The notes: generated by a model from the sequence alone, not told the origin. Shown: positions 1 through 9,155, counted from the first letter of the stretch. The stretch is DNA of 32,000 nucleotides from Pseudoalteromonas tetraodonis (GCF_002310835.1 NZ_CP011041.1:3120001-3152000), one strand, 5' to 3'. Numbers and translations: made by a program.

Positions 1-209
1 GCACCACCGCTAAACATGTTGAACATCTCAACAATGGTGCCCTTTTGTTGCTCGAAGAAATCGGCAAGTACAGCGGCGTCAATCCCAGGGATCGGCACAA
101 ATGAACCTAGACGGTAAATTATGATAGCACCCAATACGAAGAGTAATCGGCGCTTCAATTCCGAAAGTCCACCTTGTGCACTTTGTGTATCTTGACCTGG
201 TTTAGCCAT
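1..209 (-). CDS. secY: Preprotein translocase subunit SecY, N-terminal fragment (gene continues beyond the left edge)
   Basis: Reverse translation from the ATG at 207-209 gives [57 protein letters not shown]..., the conserved SecY N-terminus and TM1. It lies 10 nt downstream of the rplO stop, as in spc operons. Confidence 0.9.
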   Translation of the reverse strand, partial: MAKPGQDTQSAQGGLSELKRRLLFVLGAIIIYRLGSFVPIPGIDAAVLADFFEQQKGTIVEMFNMFSGG

Positions 210-219
210 TAGTACTTCC

Positions 220-654
220 TTAGTCTTCTACCTTGCCTCCGGCAGCTTCGATAGCTTCGCGTGCACCTTTAGTAGCCTTAAGGCCTTTAACGGTAACAGC
301 GCGTGAAACTTCGCCAGATTTAACAACTTTAACGAACTGAACGTTCTTTTTAACTAGACCAGCTGCTTGTAACGCGCTTAGGTCTACCACATCGCCTTCA
401 ACTTTAGCGATTTCGTATAGGTTAATTTCTGCAGATACTAATGATTTGCGAGAAGTGAAACCGAACTTAGGTAGACGACGTTGCATAGGCATTTGACCGC
501 CTTCGAAACCAACGCGTACTTTACCGCCAGAACGTGATTTTTGACCTTTGTGACCACGGCCACCAGTCTTACCAAGACCAGAACCGATACCACGACCAAC
601 ACGTTTTGGAGCAGTTTTTGAACCTGCAGCAGGTGAAAGTGTATTCAAATGCAT
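220..654 (-). CDS. rplO: 50S ribosomal protein L15
   Basis: 144-aa [14 protein letters not shown]...[25 protein letters not shown]...[15 protein letters not shown] is near-identical to E. coli L15. It sits in the spc operon position. Confidence 0.97.
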   Translation of the reverse strand: MHLNTLSPAAGSKTAPKRVGRGIGSGLGKTGGRGHKGQKSRSGGKVRVGFEGGQMPMQRRLPKFGFTSRKSLVSAEINLYEIAKVEGDVVDLSALQAAGLVKKNVQFVKVVKSGEVSRAVTVKGLKATKGAREAIEAAGGKVED

Positions 655-658
655 CGAA

Positions 659-841
659 TTACCCCTCTACCTTAACCATGTAATAAACCTGGTTAATCAT
701 ACCACGTACACATGCTGTGTCTTCTAACTCAACAGTGTGATTGATACGACGTAAACCAAGACCGCGTAATGTAGCTTTATGCTTCGGTAAACGACCGATA
801 GAGCTTTTTACTTGTGTTACTTTTACAGTTTTATTAGCCAT
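659..841 (-). CDS. rpmD: 50S ribosomal protein L30
   Basis: 60-aa ORF with [30 protein letters not shown], the L30 signature. It lies between rpsE and rplO. Confidence 0.97.
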   Translation of the reverse strand: MANKTVKVTQVKSSIGRLPKHKATLRGLGLRRINHTVELEDTACVRGMINQVYYMVKVEG

Positions 842-844
842 GGT

Positions 845-1351
845 TTACCCCAAAATCTCATCTACTCGAAGACCACGTTTTGCAGCGATCGACTGAGGAG
901 AATTCATGTTCTCAAGAGCTGAGATCGTTGCACGTACAACGTTGATCGGGTTAGTAGAACCGTAACATTTAGAAAGTACGTTCTGCACACCAGTCACTTC
1001 AAGTACTGCACGCATAGCACCACCTGCAATGATACCAGTACCTTCAGATGCTGGTTTCATAAACACTTGTGAGCCAGCATGACGTCCTTTAACAGGATGC
1101 TGTAATGTGTTGCCATTTAGGTCTACGTTGATCATGTTACGACGTGCTTTTTCCATTGCTTTTTGAATAGCAGCTGGAACTTCACGTGCTTTACCATAAC
1201 CGAAACCTACTTTACCTGCGCCATCACCAACTACAGTTAGTGCAGTAAAGCTAAAGATACGACCACCTTTAACTACTTTAGACACACGGTTCACCGCGAT
1301 TAGCTTTTCAGCTAAATCAGGCTGTTGTTGCTTTGCTTCTACGTTAGCCAT
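845..1351 (-). CDS. rpsE: 30S ribosomal protein S5
   Basis: 168-aa [58 protein letters not shown]...[12 protein letters not shown] matches S5. Confidence 0.97.
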   Translation of the reverse strand: MANVEAKQQQPDLAEKLIAVNRVSKVVKGGRIFSFTALTVVGDGAGKVGFGYGKAREVPAAIQKAMEKARRNMINVDLNGNTLQHPVKGRHAGSQVFMKPASEGTGIIAGGAMRAVLEVTGVQNVLSKCYGSTNPINVVRATISALENMNSPQSIAAKRGLRVDEILG

Positions 1352-1360
1352 TGTCTACTC

Positions 1361-1711
1361 CTAGAATTGCAAACCGGCTTCACGCGCAGCATCAGCTAGC
1401 GCCTTCACACGGCCGTGATATTTAAAGCCACTGCGATCAAAAGCAATCTTTTCGATGCCTTTGTCAGCCGCACGTTCAGCAACCGCTTTGCCAACTGCTT
1501 GTGCAGCTGCAACGTTGCCTGTGCCTTTAACTGTTTCGCTAATAGCTTTCTCAACAGTAGAAGCAGCAGCCAGTACATTACCCTCAGCGTTTACAACTTG
1601 AGCGTAAATGTGACGTGGCGTGCGGTGGATAACAAGACGCGTTGTGCCTTGTTCAATATAATTTCTACGAGTGCGTTTAGCACGACGTAGACGAGCTGTT
1701 TTTTTATCCAT
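1361..1711 (-). CDS. rplR: 50S ribosomal protein L18
   Basis: 116-aa [18 protein letters not shown]...[15 protein letters not shown]...[26 protein letters not shown] matches L18. Confidence 0.97.
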   Translation of the reverse strand: MDKKTARLRRAKRTRRNYIEQGTTRLVIHRTPRHIYAQVVNAEGNVLAAASTVEKAISETVKGTGNVAAAQAVGKAVAERAADKGIEKIAFDRSGFKYHGRVKALADAAREAGLQF

Positions 1712-1720
1712 CGTCTTACC

Positions 1721-2254
1721 TTACTTCTTCTTAGCCTCTTTACGGCGTACATTCTCATCTGAATAACGAACACCTTTACCTTTATAAGGCTCAGGTTTAC
1801 GGTATGCACGAATGTTAGCAGCTGTTTGACCAACTAACTGCTTATCTACGCCCTTAACTAGAACTTCTGTTTGGCTTGGAGTTTCAATCGTAATTCCTTC
1901 AGGAACTGCGAAATTAACTGGGTGCGAGAAACCAAGAGTTAAGTCTAAAACTTTGCCCTTAGCTGCAGCACAGTAACCAACACCTACTAACTGAAGTTTC
2001 TTCTCGTAACCTTCATGCGTACCAACAACCATGTTGTTGATTAGAGCGCGAGCAGTACCTGCTTGTGCCCATGCATTGGCTACGCCTTCACGAGGTAAAG
2101 TTGTAATAACGTTGTCGTTAACTTGTACTTCAACTGCATCGTTGATAGTACGAGTAAGTTCACCGTTTTTGCCTTTAACTGTGATTTCCTGGCCTTTTAA
2201 TGTAACTTCTACACCGGCAGGAACGTTTATTGGTGCCTTTGCTATGCGAGACAT
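1721..2254 (-). CDS. rplF: 50S ribosomal protein L6
   Basis: 177-aa [17 protein letters not shown]...GKNGELTRT...LQLVGVGY[C]AAAKG...LGFSHP...[16 protein letters not shown] matches L6. It has Cys where E. coli, B. subtilis and Thermus have Arg (see findings). Confidence 0.96.
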   Translation of the reverse strand: MSRIAKAPINVPAGVEVTLKGQEITVKGKNGELTRTINDAVEVQVNDNVITTLPREGVANAWAQAGTARALINNMVVGTHEGYEKKLQLVGVGYCAAAKGKVLDLTLGFSHPVNFAVPEGITIETPSQTEVLVKGVDKQLVGQTAANIRAYRKPEPYKGKGVRYSDENVRRKEAKKK

Positions 2255-2267
2255 AGTTCCCCTCCGA

Positions 2268-2660
2268 TTAAGCTACAAAACCAATGATTTCACCACCAAC
2301 GCCTGCACTACGTGCTGCGCGGTCTGTCATTAGGCCTTTAGAAGTTGATACGATAGCGATACCTAAACCACCCATTACCTTTGGTAATTCGTCACGTCTC
2401 TTATAGATACGTAGACCAGGGCGACTTACACGCTGGATATTTTCAATAACAGCTTTGCCTTCGAAGTACTTTAACTCGATAGAAAGCTCAGGTTTTACAT
2501 CACCACTTACTGAGAAGTCTGCGATGTAACCTTCATTTTTTAATACATTAGCTACTGCTACTTTCAGTTTCGAATTAGGCATCGTTACAGATACTTTCTT
2601 CGCTGACTGACCGTTACGGATTCGTGTAAATAAATCCGCGATAGGATCTTGCAAGCTCAT
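2268..2660 (-). CDS. rpsH: 30S ribosomal protein S8
   Basis: 130-aa [21 protein letters not shown]...[42 protein letters not shown] matches S8. Confidence 0.97.
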   Translation of the reverse strand: MSLQDPIADLFTRIRNGQSAKKVSVTMPNSKLKVAVANVLKNEGYIADFSVSGDVKPELSIELKYFEGKAVIENIQRVSRPGLRIYKRRDELPKVMGGLGIAIVSTSKGLMTDRAARSAGVGGEIIGFVA

Positions 2661-2681
2661 AGTCTTACTCCCATGATTCTA

Positions 2682-2987
2682 TTACCAGCTAGCCTTTTTA
2701 AGGCCAGGAATTTCACCGCGCATAGCTGCTTCGCGAACTTTAATACGGCTCATGCCGAATTTGCGAAGGAAACCATGTGGGCGGCCCGTAATGTTACAAC
2801 GATTACGTTGACGTGCAGGGCTAGAATCACGAGGTAAAGCTTGTAGCTTAAGTACCGCGTCCCAACGATCATCTTCAGATGTATTAACATCACTGATGAT
2901 AGCTTTTAGTGCTGCACGCTTTTCAGCGTACTGAGCAACTAGTTTAGTGCGCTTTGCTTCGCGCGCTTTCATAGAATTCTTTGCCAT
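2682..2987 (-). CDS. rpsN: 30S ribosomal protein S14 (long, 101-aa form)
   Basis: [13 protein letters not shown]...AIISDVN...[56 protein letters not shown] is almost identical to E. coli S14. Confidence 0.97.
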   Translation of the reverse strand: MAKNSMKAREAKRTKLVAQYAEKRAALKAIISDVNTSEDDRWDAVLKLQALPRDSSPARQRNRCNITGRPHGFLRKFGMSRIKVREAAMRGEIPGLKKASW

Positions 2988-2997
2988 AACCCTACCC

Positions 2998-3537
2998 TTA
3001 TTTCTTGAATGGGAAGTTAAACGCTTCTAACAACGCACGGCCTTCCTCATCTGATTTCGCAGATGTAGTGATTGTGATATCCATACCGCGTACACGGTCT
3101 ACTTTATCATAATCAATTTCTGGGAAGATGATTTGTTCACGTACGCCCATGCTGTAGTTACCGCGTCCATCAAAAGACTTAGCACTCACACCACGGAAGT
3201 CACGGATACGTGGGATAGCGATTGAAACCAAACGCTCAAAAAAGTCCCACATACGCTCGCCGCGTAGGGTTACTTTACAACCAATCGGGTAACCTTCACG
3301 CACTTTGAAGCCAGCAACAGATTTGCGTGCTTTAGTGATTAAAGGTTTCTGACCAGAGATAGCTTCTAGATCCGCAACAGCGTTATCTAAAATCTTCTTG
3401 TCAGCTAAGGCTTCGCCCACACCCATATTTAATGTGATCTTCTCGATCTGAGGGACTTGCATGACAGAGCTGAAACCAAACTTCTCTTGAAGTTCAGCAA
3501 CTACTTTGTCTTTATATACTTCATGCAGTTTCGCCAT
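2998..3537 (-). CDS. rplE: 50S ribosomal protein L5
   Basis: The ORF track gives 2998-3606. The conserved L5 N-terminus [13 protein letters not shown] starts at the ATG at 3535-3537 (179 aa), 16 nt after the rplX stop. The upstream 23 codons overlap rplX and have no homology. Confidence 0.95.
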   Translation of the reverse strand: MAKLHEVYKDKVVAELQEKFGFSSVMQVPQIEKITLNMGVGEALADKKILDNAVADLEAISGQKPLITKARKSVAGFKVREGYPIGCKVTLRGERMWDFFERLVSIAIPRIRDFRGVSAKSFDGRGNYSMGVREQIIFPEIDYDKVDRVRGMDITITTSAKSDEEGRALLEAFNFPFKK

Positions 3538-3553
3538 CATTCTACTCCAACTA

Positions 3554-3868
3554 TTAGATAGTTTTACCAGTAGATTTAAAGATACGTAATTTCTTACCAT
3601 CTTCAATCTTGAAACCTACACGATCTGCTTTGCTCGTTTCCGAGTTGTAGATCGCAACGTTTGATACGTCGATAGACGCCTCTTTCTCAACAATACCGCC
3701 AGCTTGGTTCAACTGTGGAACCGGCTTTTGGTGTTTCTTGATTAAGTTAATGCCTTCGACAAATACTCGACCAGACTCGGTTACAACTGAAAGCACTTTG
3801 CCGCGCTTACCTTTGTCTTTACCTGCTAGTACGATTACTTCGTCATCACGACGGATTTTTGCTGCCAT
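3554..3868 (-). CDS. rplX: 50S ribosomal protein L24
   Basis: 104-aa [27 protein letters not shown]...[32 protein letters not shown] matches L24. Confidence 0.97.
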   Translation of the reverse strand: MAAKIRRDDEVIVLAGKDKGKRGKVLSVVTESGRVFVEGINLIKKHQKPVPQLNQAGGIVEKEASIDVSNVAIYNSETSKADRVGFKIEDGKKLRIFKSTGKTI

Positions 3869-3878
3869 GATAGACTCC

Positions 3879-4247
3879 TTACAGTACTTCTGGGGCTAGT
3901 GAAACGATTTTCATGAACTTTTCATTACGAAGTTCGCGAGTCACAGGGCCGAAAATACGAGTACCAATAGGCTGCAAGTTATCATTTAAGATAACAGCCG
4001 CATTGCTGTCGAAACGGATCAATGAACCGTCTGGACGACGAACGCCTTTTTTGGTACGCACAACTACCGCGTTTTTAACATCACCTTTCTTCACTTTACC
4101 GCGAGGAATCGCTTCTTTTACAGAAACTTTAATGATATCGCCAATCGCTGCATAGCGACGGTGTGAACCACCAAGGACTTTTATACACTGCACTTTGCGA
4201 GCGCCGCTGTTATCAGCAACTTCCAGCTGAGTTTGCATTTGGATCAT
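3879..4247 (-). CDS. rplN: 50S ribosomal protein L14
   Basis: 122-aa [36 protein letters not shown]...[34 protein letters not shown] matches L14. GGAGG lies 8 nt upstream of the ATG. Confidence 0.97.
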   Translation of the reverse strand: MIQMQTQLEVADNSGARKVQCIKVLGGSHRRYAAIGDIIKVSVKEAIPRGKVKKGDVKNAVVVRTKKGVRRPDGSLIRFDSNAAVILNDNLQPIGTRIFGPVTRELRNEKFMKIVSLAPEVL

Positions 4248-4332
4248 GTTAATGACCTCCGGTGTAGTAATTACAACTTGTCTTAAATTTGTTTAAAATC
4301 AAGACATTTCGATTGAATTCCACTCAAAAAAC

Positions 4333-4360
4333 ATACTAGATGTCTCTTAAGGGCGGGCAA
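4333..4360 (-). promoter_or_regulatory. Candidate sigma-70 promoter of the spc operon
   Basis: On the minus strand: TTGCCC (4355-4360), a 16-nt spacer, then TAGTAT (4333-4338), about 85 nt upstream of the rplN ATG. The hexamers are only moderate matches and there is no experimental support. Confidence 0.3.
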
Positions 4361-4475
4361 TTGTATCAGCATTGAGGGGGGAGTGGTAGGTTATTTTTTA
4401 ATTAATTTAATAGGGATGCTAAATTAAAACGAGGTTTTCTATGCTATTTATCTAATTTACAGGTGGTTATAAAAC

Positions 4476-4504
4476 AAACAAGGCATCTTGTTGATGCCTT
4501 GTTT
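4476..4504 (-). terminator. Rho-independent terminator after the AsmA-family gene (isolates it from the spc operon)
   Basis: Perfect 12-bp inverted repeat aaacaaggcatc (4476-4487) / gatgccttgttt (4493-4504) with a 5-nt loop. On the minus strand it is followed by a T-rich tract (gttttataacc). It lies 18 nt past the stop at 4522. Confidence 0.75.
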
Positions 4505-4521
4505 TATATCAGTAATTAAAA

Positions 4522-6486
4522 TTAGCCAAACAAACCTTTTAATTTGTCTTTAATTTTATCTTTAGCTTTGTCTTTTGCATCATCAAGCTTTTGCTTAGCT
4601 TCATCTTTTAAAGCATTGCTTACATCAAGCTTTATATTCACGTCATGAAACGGGCCTTTTATGCGTAAAGGAACTTTAAAGCCAGTACTGTCATCGGTTG
4701 TACCTTGACCTTCAATAGAGTCCACGACGCCTGTTACTAGTCGATAGTTAACCAGCGTTTGCGGTAAATCAACGTCTCCTTCACCTGAAATGCGTATTAA
4801 AGGGCTGATCAACGATAAATCAGTATTTTTGCCTACGCCATTGGTAAAGTTAAAACTACCAGAAAGTGCAGAGAAATCGGTTTTCTCAGATTCTTCAAAT
4901 CCTGTATCTAATCCCTCAGACACGGCATTAAAGTTGCCTTTAACTAGCTCTTTACCCTTACGCACCATTTCCGCTACGTTTGCTCCCTTAACGGCACCAT
5001 CCGCGAACTTGAACCCTAGCTTACCATTAAGCGCGTTAATAAACGTTTTTTGGCTTTGCCCTGCCGTGGTTAGATTCCAACTTAAAGAGCCCTTGCCCAT
5101 TAGCTTATCAAAGCCTGCAGCATCGCTAAGTAATGGCTGTGCGTCTATTTTATCTAAATCGAAGTTGGTTGCTATTTTATAAGGGGTATTTTGAGCATTG
5201 ATAGTCACCACCCCTTTACCTGTTCCTTCATAAGCCGCAAAGCTATCTAAACTTAATTTAGCAATGCTATTTTTAAGTGCCATAGTAAACTGATTAGCGC
5301 CTAGTTTAATGTCGTTAGCTTTTAAACCACTTGAACGAACAATCACATTTGCATCTAATGCACTTAAGCCACTTAAATCAATTTTAGTATCATCCCACAC
5401 TATTGGCTCTGCAGGCTTAGACTCGTCTTTTACTGGGGCTTCTTTTTTAGCTACGGTTTCTGGTAAGTAAGGATTTAAATCAAGCATCCCTAGGTCAATA
5501 TCAGCATTAACCGCTAAACGGCTGCCTAGATTCACCTTACTTTTACCTTTAATCTCGAGAGCATCGAGCGTTGCAACTAATTCTGTTAGGTTAAACTCCT
5601 CACTGAGCAAGTGCATTTGGGTATTGATACTAAAGGCATTAAACGCATTGTCTTTAGCGTTTAAGTCAACCCCTTGCCAGTTAGCAATATTTTTAACTGA
5701 ATCACCGTTAAGTGCTAATAATCCTTTAATATCTTGGCCTTGTTTGGCTATGCTGCCATCAAACGTTAAATCGACTAAACGTGAGTTAAGCGTTTGCTTT
5801 ACATTAAATGGGGCACCTTCAATCGCTTTTGCTGGAGTATCAAGTTTTACATCAAGCTCAAATCGCTCTTGCATATAAGTAATAGCCCCTTTGACTTCGA
5901 GCTGTTTGCGCAGTGAAGGCAGTAATATAGCCAGTTCTAAATCGCTAATTTGTTGTTTAGCACCCGTTTGACCATCTAAATATGTAAACGACCCGCCATA
6001 AATAGCGACTTCACCTAATTGAATATCAAAGTTTTCAGGTAGTTTGACTGCCTCACCCGATTGAGTTTGCTGCTCAGGTTGCTTGGCCACTGCATCAAAT
6101 AACTGCCAGTTAGCTTTACCGCTTTTATCGGTTTCTAGCAAAATATCAGGCTCATTAATGACAAACTTTTCTAGCTTTAGTTCGCCACCGAGTAATGAAA
6201 GCCAAGGAATATGAACGGCAAGTTGCTGCATACTTGCCATATCAGCGCGAGAGCCACTGGACATATTGGCAAAATGCACATCATTAAGCTCCAGCTTTAA
6301 TGCAGGAAATACACTGAGGGTTTTATCGCCCTTTATCGTTAATGTTCGCCCGGTTGTTTTTTCTACCTGCTCAGACACTTTATTAAAAATGGTATCAGTA
6401 GGAATTAAAAATGGTGCAGCAACAATTAACGCTATGCATAGCAATAATATGACACCAATAACTTTAAATAAGGTTTTCATGATCAT
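4522..6486 (-). CDS. AsmA-family outer-membrane biogenesis protein
   Basis: 654-aa ORF. It has a single N-terminal TM helix (KTLFKVIGVILLLCIALIVAAPFLIP), then a long beta-rich periplasmic region typical of AsmA/AsmA_2 proteins, and a Lys/Asp-rich tail. The ATG at 6480 (third codon) has better SD spacing (AAGGA) than the one at 6486. Confidence 0.8.
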   Translation of the reverse strand: MIMKTLFKVIGVILLLCIALIVAAPFLIPTDTIFNKVSEQVEKTTGRTLTIKGDKTLSVFPALKLELNDVHFANMSSGSRADMASMQQLAVHIPWLSLLGGELKLEKFVINEPDILLETDKSGKANWQLFDAVAKQPEQQTQSGEAVKLPENFDIQLGEVAIYGGSFTYLDGQTGAKQQISDLELAILLPSLRKQLEVKGAITYMQERFELDVKLDTPAKAIEGAPFNVKQTLNSRLVDLTFDGSIAKQGQDIKGLLALNGDSVKNIANWQGVDLNAKDNAFNAFSINTQMHLLSEEFNLTELVATLDALEIKGKSKVNLGSRLAVNADIDLGMLDLNPYLPETVAKKEAPVKDESKPAEPIVWDDTKIDLSGLSALDANVIVRSSGLKANDIKLGANQFTMALKNSIAKLSLDSFAAYEGTGKGVVTINAQNTPYKIATNFDLDKIDAQPLLSDAAGFDKLMGKGSLSWNLTTAGQSQKTFINALNGKLGFKFADGAVKGANVAEMVRKGKELVKGNFNAVSEGLDTGFEESEKTDFSALSGSFNFTNGVGKNTDLSLISPLIRISGEGDVDLPQTLVNYRLVTGVVDSIEGQGTTDDSTGFKVPLRIKGPFHDVNIKLDVSNALKDEAKQKLDDAKDKAKDKIKDKLKGLFG

Positions 6487-6747
6487 CCTTTCAAACGTGC
6501 AAATAATGTTCTTATCATAGCGGGAGTTAGCGCCAAAAGCATTGTTAAATAAATAAAAAATGTATTAACTATAGCTCTTCTCTTTCTAAATCAGGTTTTG
6601 AAGGCTCACTTTAATAAACTTAAAGATTCATGCTCCTGATTACATTGATGCAATTGTTCGGTATGATGCGCGCCCCTGTTGTATTTAGCCTAAATAAGCT
6701 AAAATAAAGCGACTAAAAAGTATATCTAACCGGAGAGTCTACAAGGC

Positions 6748-7911
6748 ATGAAGAAACTGCTAATTTCACCGTCAAAAATGGCATTAGGCGAGCAAGAAAG
6801 TCAAATTTATCAAAATATTCTGAAGCAATCTTCAGAGCTAAGCCTAAACCTGATGGCTGTGAAAGTGGAAAACCATCCAGAAGACTTTTTAGGTTGGTGT
6901 TATGAGCTATTAAGTGCAAGCCGCGACCGTATTAATTACGACTTACTCGAAACCCAACAATTACCACTATTAAAAAAGCTGCATGACCAACTTATTTCAG
7001 CCATTAGCTTTTTACAGTTAAAAACATTACGGGTAGCACCTTGGCCAGTAGTGAGTATGTTTGTAGATCAACATAAAGAACTGGTGGCACTTGATGAGCA
7101 ATTACGTTTAACTGCTTATATCTCAGGCCTACGTGAACAACCATTAAAAGACATGATCCCTGAAGACTTACTCGCTTTTAGCGGTAAGCATATGGCGTCA
7201 CTCGACCCGAGTACTTATAACTTTGATGTAGAATGGTTTGCCTCTACAAAAAGTGCTAAAGGCTTTCACCAGATGTTGGCTGACTTGCCAGGTGCATTTG
7301 ACGATGCCCTGAGCAATATCCCACTTGAGGGTGATGTAGCGCAAAGTAATTACCAACAATTTGTAATTGCTTACTTGAGTGCATTTAATGGCAGTGATGA
7401 AAAACCAACAATAGCGCCTGCAACCCGTTTATTAGCAATGCGCCGCCCTGATGTATTTACACCGATTAGTAACAGTCGCTTAGATGCACTTTGCTCCGCA
7501 CTTGGTATCACCAAATTAAATAACCGTGACTTTGAGCGTTACTGGCAAGATGTAGTACAAAGCATTCACGCTATGTCATGGTTTAAAATGGCCAATGCAG
7601 GTAATGAACTAGAAACTCAGTTAGTGGATATAAAAGCGCTAATACCTTGCTTTTTTTATTATGCAGATACGAATACTGCAGATAACTCTAACTACATTAA
7701 GCTACTAAATAAACCTACACGTAGCACTTCTAGCAGCAGTAAAGCGCCACGCCGCGGCAAAGAATCGGCTGAAATATTAGTGGACCGCGCACTTGCTGCT
7801 GATGACATCCCAGAGCATATTCGTGCTAAACGTGACTCTATTATTAGCGAAGTACAAAAAGGCCGTAGTGTAAACGAAACAATTACACTTATGCGTACCA
7901 TTTTTGGTTAA
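6748..7911 (+). CDS. Hypothetical cytoplasmic protein, 387 aa, family not recognised
   Basis: Long uninterrupted ORF. GGAGAG lies 10 nt upstream of the ATG, and a terminator follows about 100 nt downstream. There is no signal peptide or TM segment. The protein looks mostly helical, with a Ser-rich basic linker (RSTSSSSKAPRRGK) before a roughly 50-aa C-terminal tail. Confidence 0.8.
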   Translation: MKKLLISPSKMALGEQESQIYQNILKQSSELSLNLMAVKVENHPEDFLGWCYELLSASRDRINYDLLETQQLPLLKKLHDQLISAISFLQLKTLRVAPWPVVSMFVDQHKELVALDEQLRLTAYISGLREQPLKDMIPEDLLAFSGKHMASLDPSTYNFDVEWFASTKSAKGFHQMLADLPGAFDDALSNIPLEGDVAQSNYQQFVIAYLSAFNGSDEKPTIAPATRLLAMRRPDVFTPISNSRLDALCSALGITKLNNRDFERYWQDVVQSIHAMSWFKMANAGNELETQLVDIKALIPCFFYYADTNTADNSNYIKLLNKPTRSTSSSSKAPRRGKESAEILVDRALAADDIPEHIRAKRDSIISEVQKGRSVNETITLMRTIFG

Positions 7912-8014
7912 AACGTATATCAAACGCAATTAGCTTTAATAAACTAGCTTAACGTTAGGGTCTGTAGACCTTTCAAGGTTAAATTTTCAAAGGTCAATAG
8001 ATCCTAATATAGAT

Positions 8015-8054
8015 AGCCTGGTAGCGCTCTAATGGTGCAGCCAGGCTTTTTTTT
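8015..8054 (+). terminator. Rho-independent terminator downstream of the 387-aa ORF
   Basis: Stem agcctgg (8015-8021) / ccaggct (8041-8047), followed by a run of 8 T (8047-8054). Confidence 0.7.
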
Positions 8055-8165
8055 GCACCAGCAGTGTGTTCTTTCCTTACATACTTTTCACTAAGCGTCT
8101 TTGCGCATAACTTCAACACCTTGTTTTATAATATAAAATTTATTTTTTATTAAATAAATGGAAGC

Positions 8166-8181
8166 TGGCACATACAGTGCA
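8166..8181 (+). promoter_or_regulatory. Sigma-54 (RpoN) -24/-12 promoter
   Basis: TGGCACatacagTGCA. The GG and GC dinucleotides have exactly the consensus spacing of TGGCACG-N4-TTGCW. It lies about 100 nt upstream of the ATG at 8284, preceded by an AT-rich bendable tract and a near-IHF core (TTCAAcaccTTG). Confidence 0.6.
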
Positions 8182-8283
8182 ATTCCCCCTGCAGTAACGT
8201 AATAATACGCCGCCGTTCAAAAGGTTGTAGTCGTTTATAATAAAAAACCTTGGCGTGCAAAATCATACAATGGGAAATGAAAC

Positions 8284-8961
8284 ATGCTAAAACTACAAAA
8301 AACAATACTCATCGGTGCATTGGCATTAACAGGAATGACATCAACTACTGCATTTGCCGAAGTAACAGCCAATGCAGCCGCTACTTCTAACTACTTATGG
8401 CGCGGACAAGAGCAAACTGGGGGCGATGCAGCTGTATCTGGCGGTATTGATTACGCTAATGAATCTGGATTTTATGCAGGTACGTGGGCGTCAAATGCGT
8501 CTTGGGCCGATGAAATGACCTACGAACTAGACTTATACGCCGGTTTTGGCGGCGCTATTAATGAAAACGTAAGTTATGACGTAGGTTATATTTATTACGC
8601 TTACCCAGATGCGGCATCAGGTGCCGATGCAGATTTTTCAGAAGTTTACGGTAGCATTAGTGTGCAAGGTTTTACATTTGGTGCAGCCGTACTTGCAACA
8701 TCTGCTGCCAGTGGTGATGGTACTGATTTTGGTGATTCACTGTATTTAAACGCCGATTACAGCTTCGCTGTTGGTAGCAATGGCACTGAAATGGCGCTAC
8801 ACATAGGGCATTACTCAGGCGATTTCATCGGTGATGACAATATTATTGATTATGGTGTATCAGTGTCTAAAGATGGTTTTACCTTTGGCCTATCTGATAA
8901 CGACATGGACGGCTCAGATGTTAAAGCTTATGTAGCCTACGCTGTCGACTTTAGCCTATAA
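8284..8961 (+). CDS. TIGR02001 / Gcw_chp (TorF-like) family outer-membrane beta-barrel protein
   Basis: Signal peptide MLKLQKTILIGALALTGMTSTTAFA|EV. The family-typical N-terminal block SNYLWRGQEQTGGDAAVSGGIDYANESGFYAGTWASN is present, along with alternating aromatic/Gly beta-strand patterning and a C-terminal aromatic strand (YVAYAVDFSL). Confidence 0.8.
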   Translation: MLKLQKTILIGALALTGMTSTTAFAEVTANAAATSNYLWRGQEQTGGDAAVSGGIDYANESGFYAGTWASNASWADEMTYELDLYAGFGGAINENVSYDVGYIYYAYPDAASGADADFSEVYGSISVQGFTFGAAVLATSAASGDGTDFGDSLYLNADYSFAVGSNGTEMALHIGHYSGDFIGDDNIIDYGVSVSKDGFTFGLSDNDMDGSDVKAYVAYAVDFSL

Positions 8962-8990
8962 AAAGAATGTGTTACTTGCTGCAACACTAA

Positions 8991-9015
8991 GGGCCGAAAG
9001 GCCCTTTCTCGTTTT
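8991..9015 (+). terminator. Rho-independent terminator after the barrel gene
   Basis: gggcc-gaaa-ggccc hairpin (GNRA-type loop) followed by tttctcgtttt. Confidence 0.7.
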
Positions 9016-9113
9016 AAATAACTTAACTAGATCTAATCACGCCACACCTTGTTAACAAACCGTTACAATTAATAAATCAACTTACCTCGCTTTTACCTTA
9101 GTATATGACTGAT

Positions 9114-9125
9114 AACTATATAGTT
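9114..9125. promoter_or_regulatory. Perfect 12-bp palindrome (candidate operator) in the Yip1/ABC-pump operon leader
   Basis: aactatatagtt equals its own reverse complement. It lies 30 nt upstream of the ATG at 9156. It is AT-rich, so a chance occurrence is not negligible. Confidence 0.3.
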
Positions 9126-9155
9126 CACTATTGAGAAAATCATAAAGGAATAATC

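Noticed and set aside
3538-3606. A 23-codon N-terminal extension of rplE in the ORF track ([23 protein letters not shown]...).
   Set aside because: It overlaps the 3' end of rplX and has no L5 homology. The conserved L5 N-terminus [11 protein letters not shown] begins at the ATG at 3535-3537.
1415-4155. ORFs inside or overlapping the ribosomal-protein genes (1415-1690 +, 1591-1833 -, 2031-2333 +, 2649-2837 +, 3913-4155 +).
   Set aside because: Each lies fully within, or out of frame with, a strongly conserved r-protein gene. Their compositions are low-complexity or Cys/Ser/Thr-rich, typical of shadow frames, and they lack SD sequences.
4790-6520. Plus-strand ORFs of 84-130 aa inside or overlapping the asmA-family gene (4790-5182, 5624-5878, 6266-6520).
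   Set aside because: They are shadow ORFs opposite a long real gene. They have Leu/Ser/Pro-rich translations, no start context and no recognisable domains.
6713-6919. A 68-aa minus-strand ORF overlapping the start of the 387-aa gene.
   Set aside because: It is antisense to the 5' end of a much longer ORF that has a good SD. It has no SD of its own and no homology.
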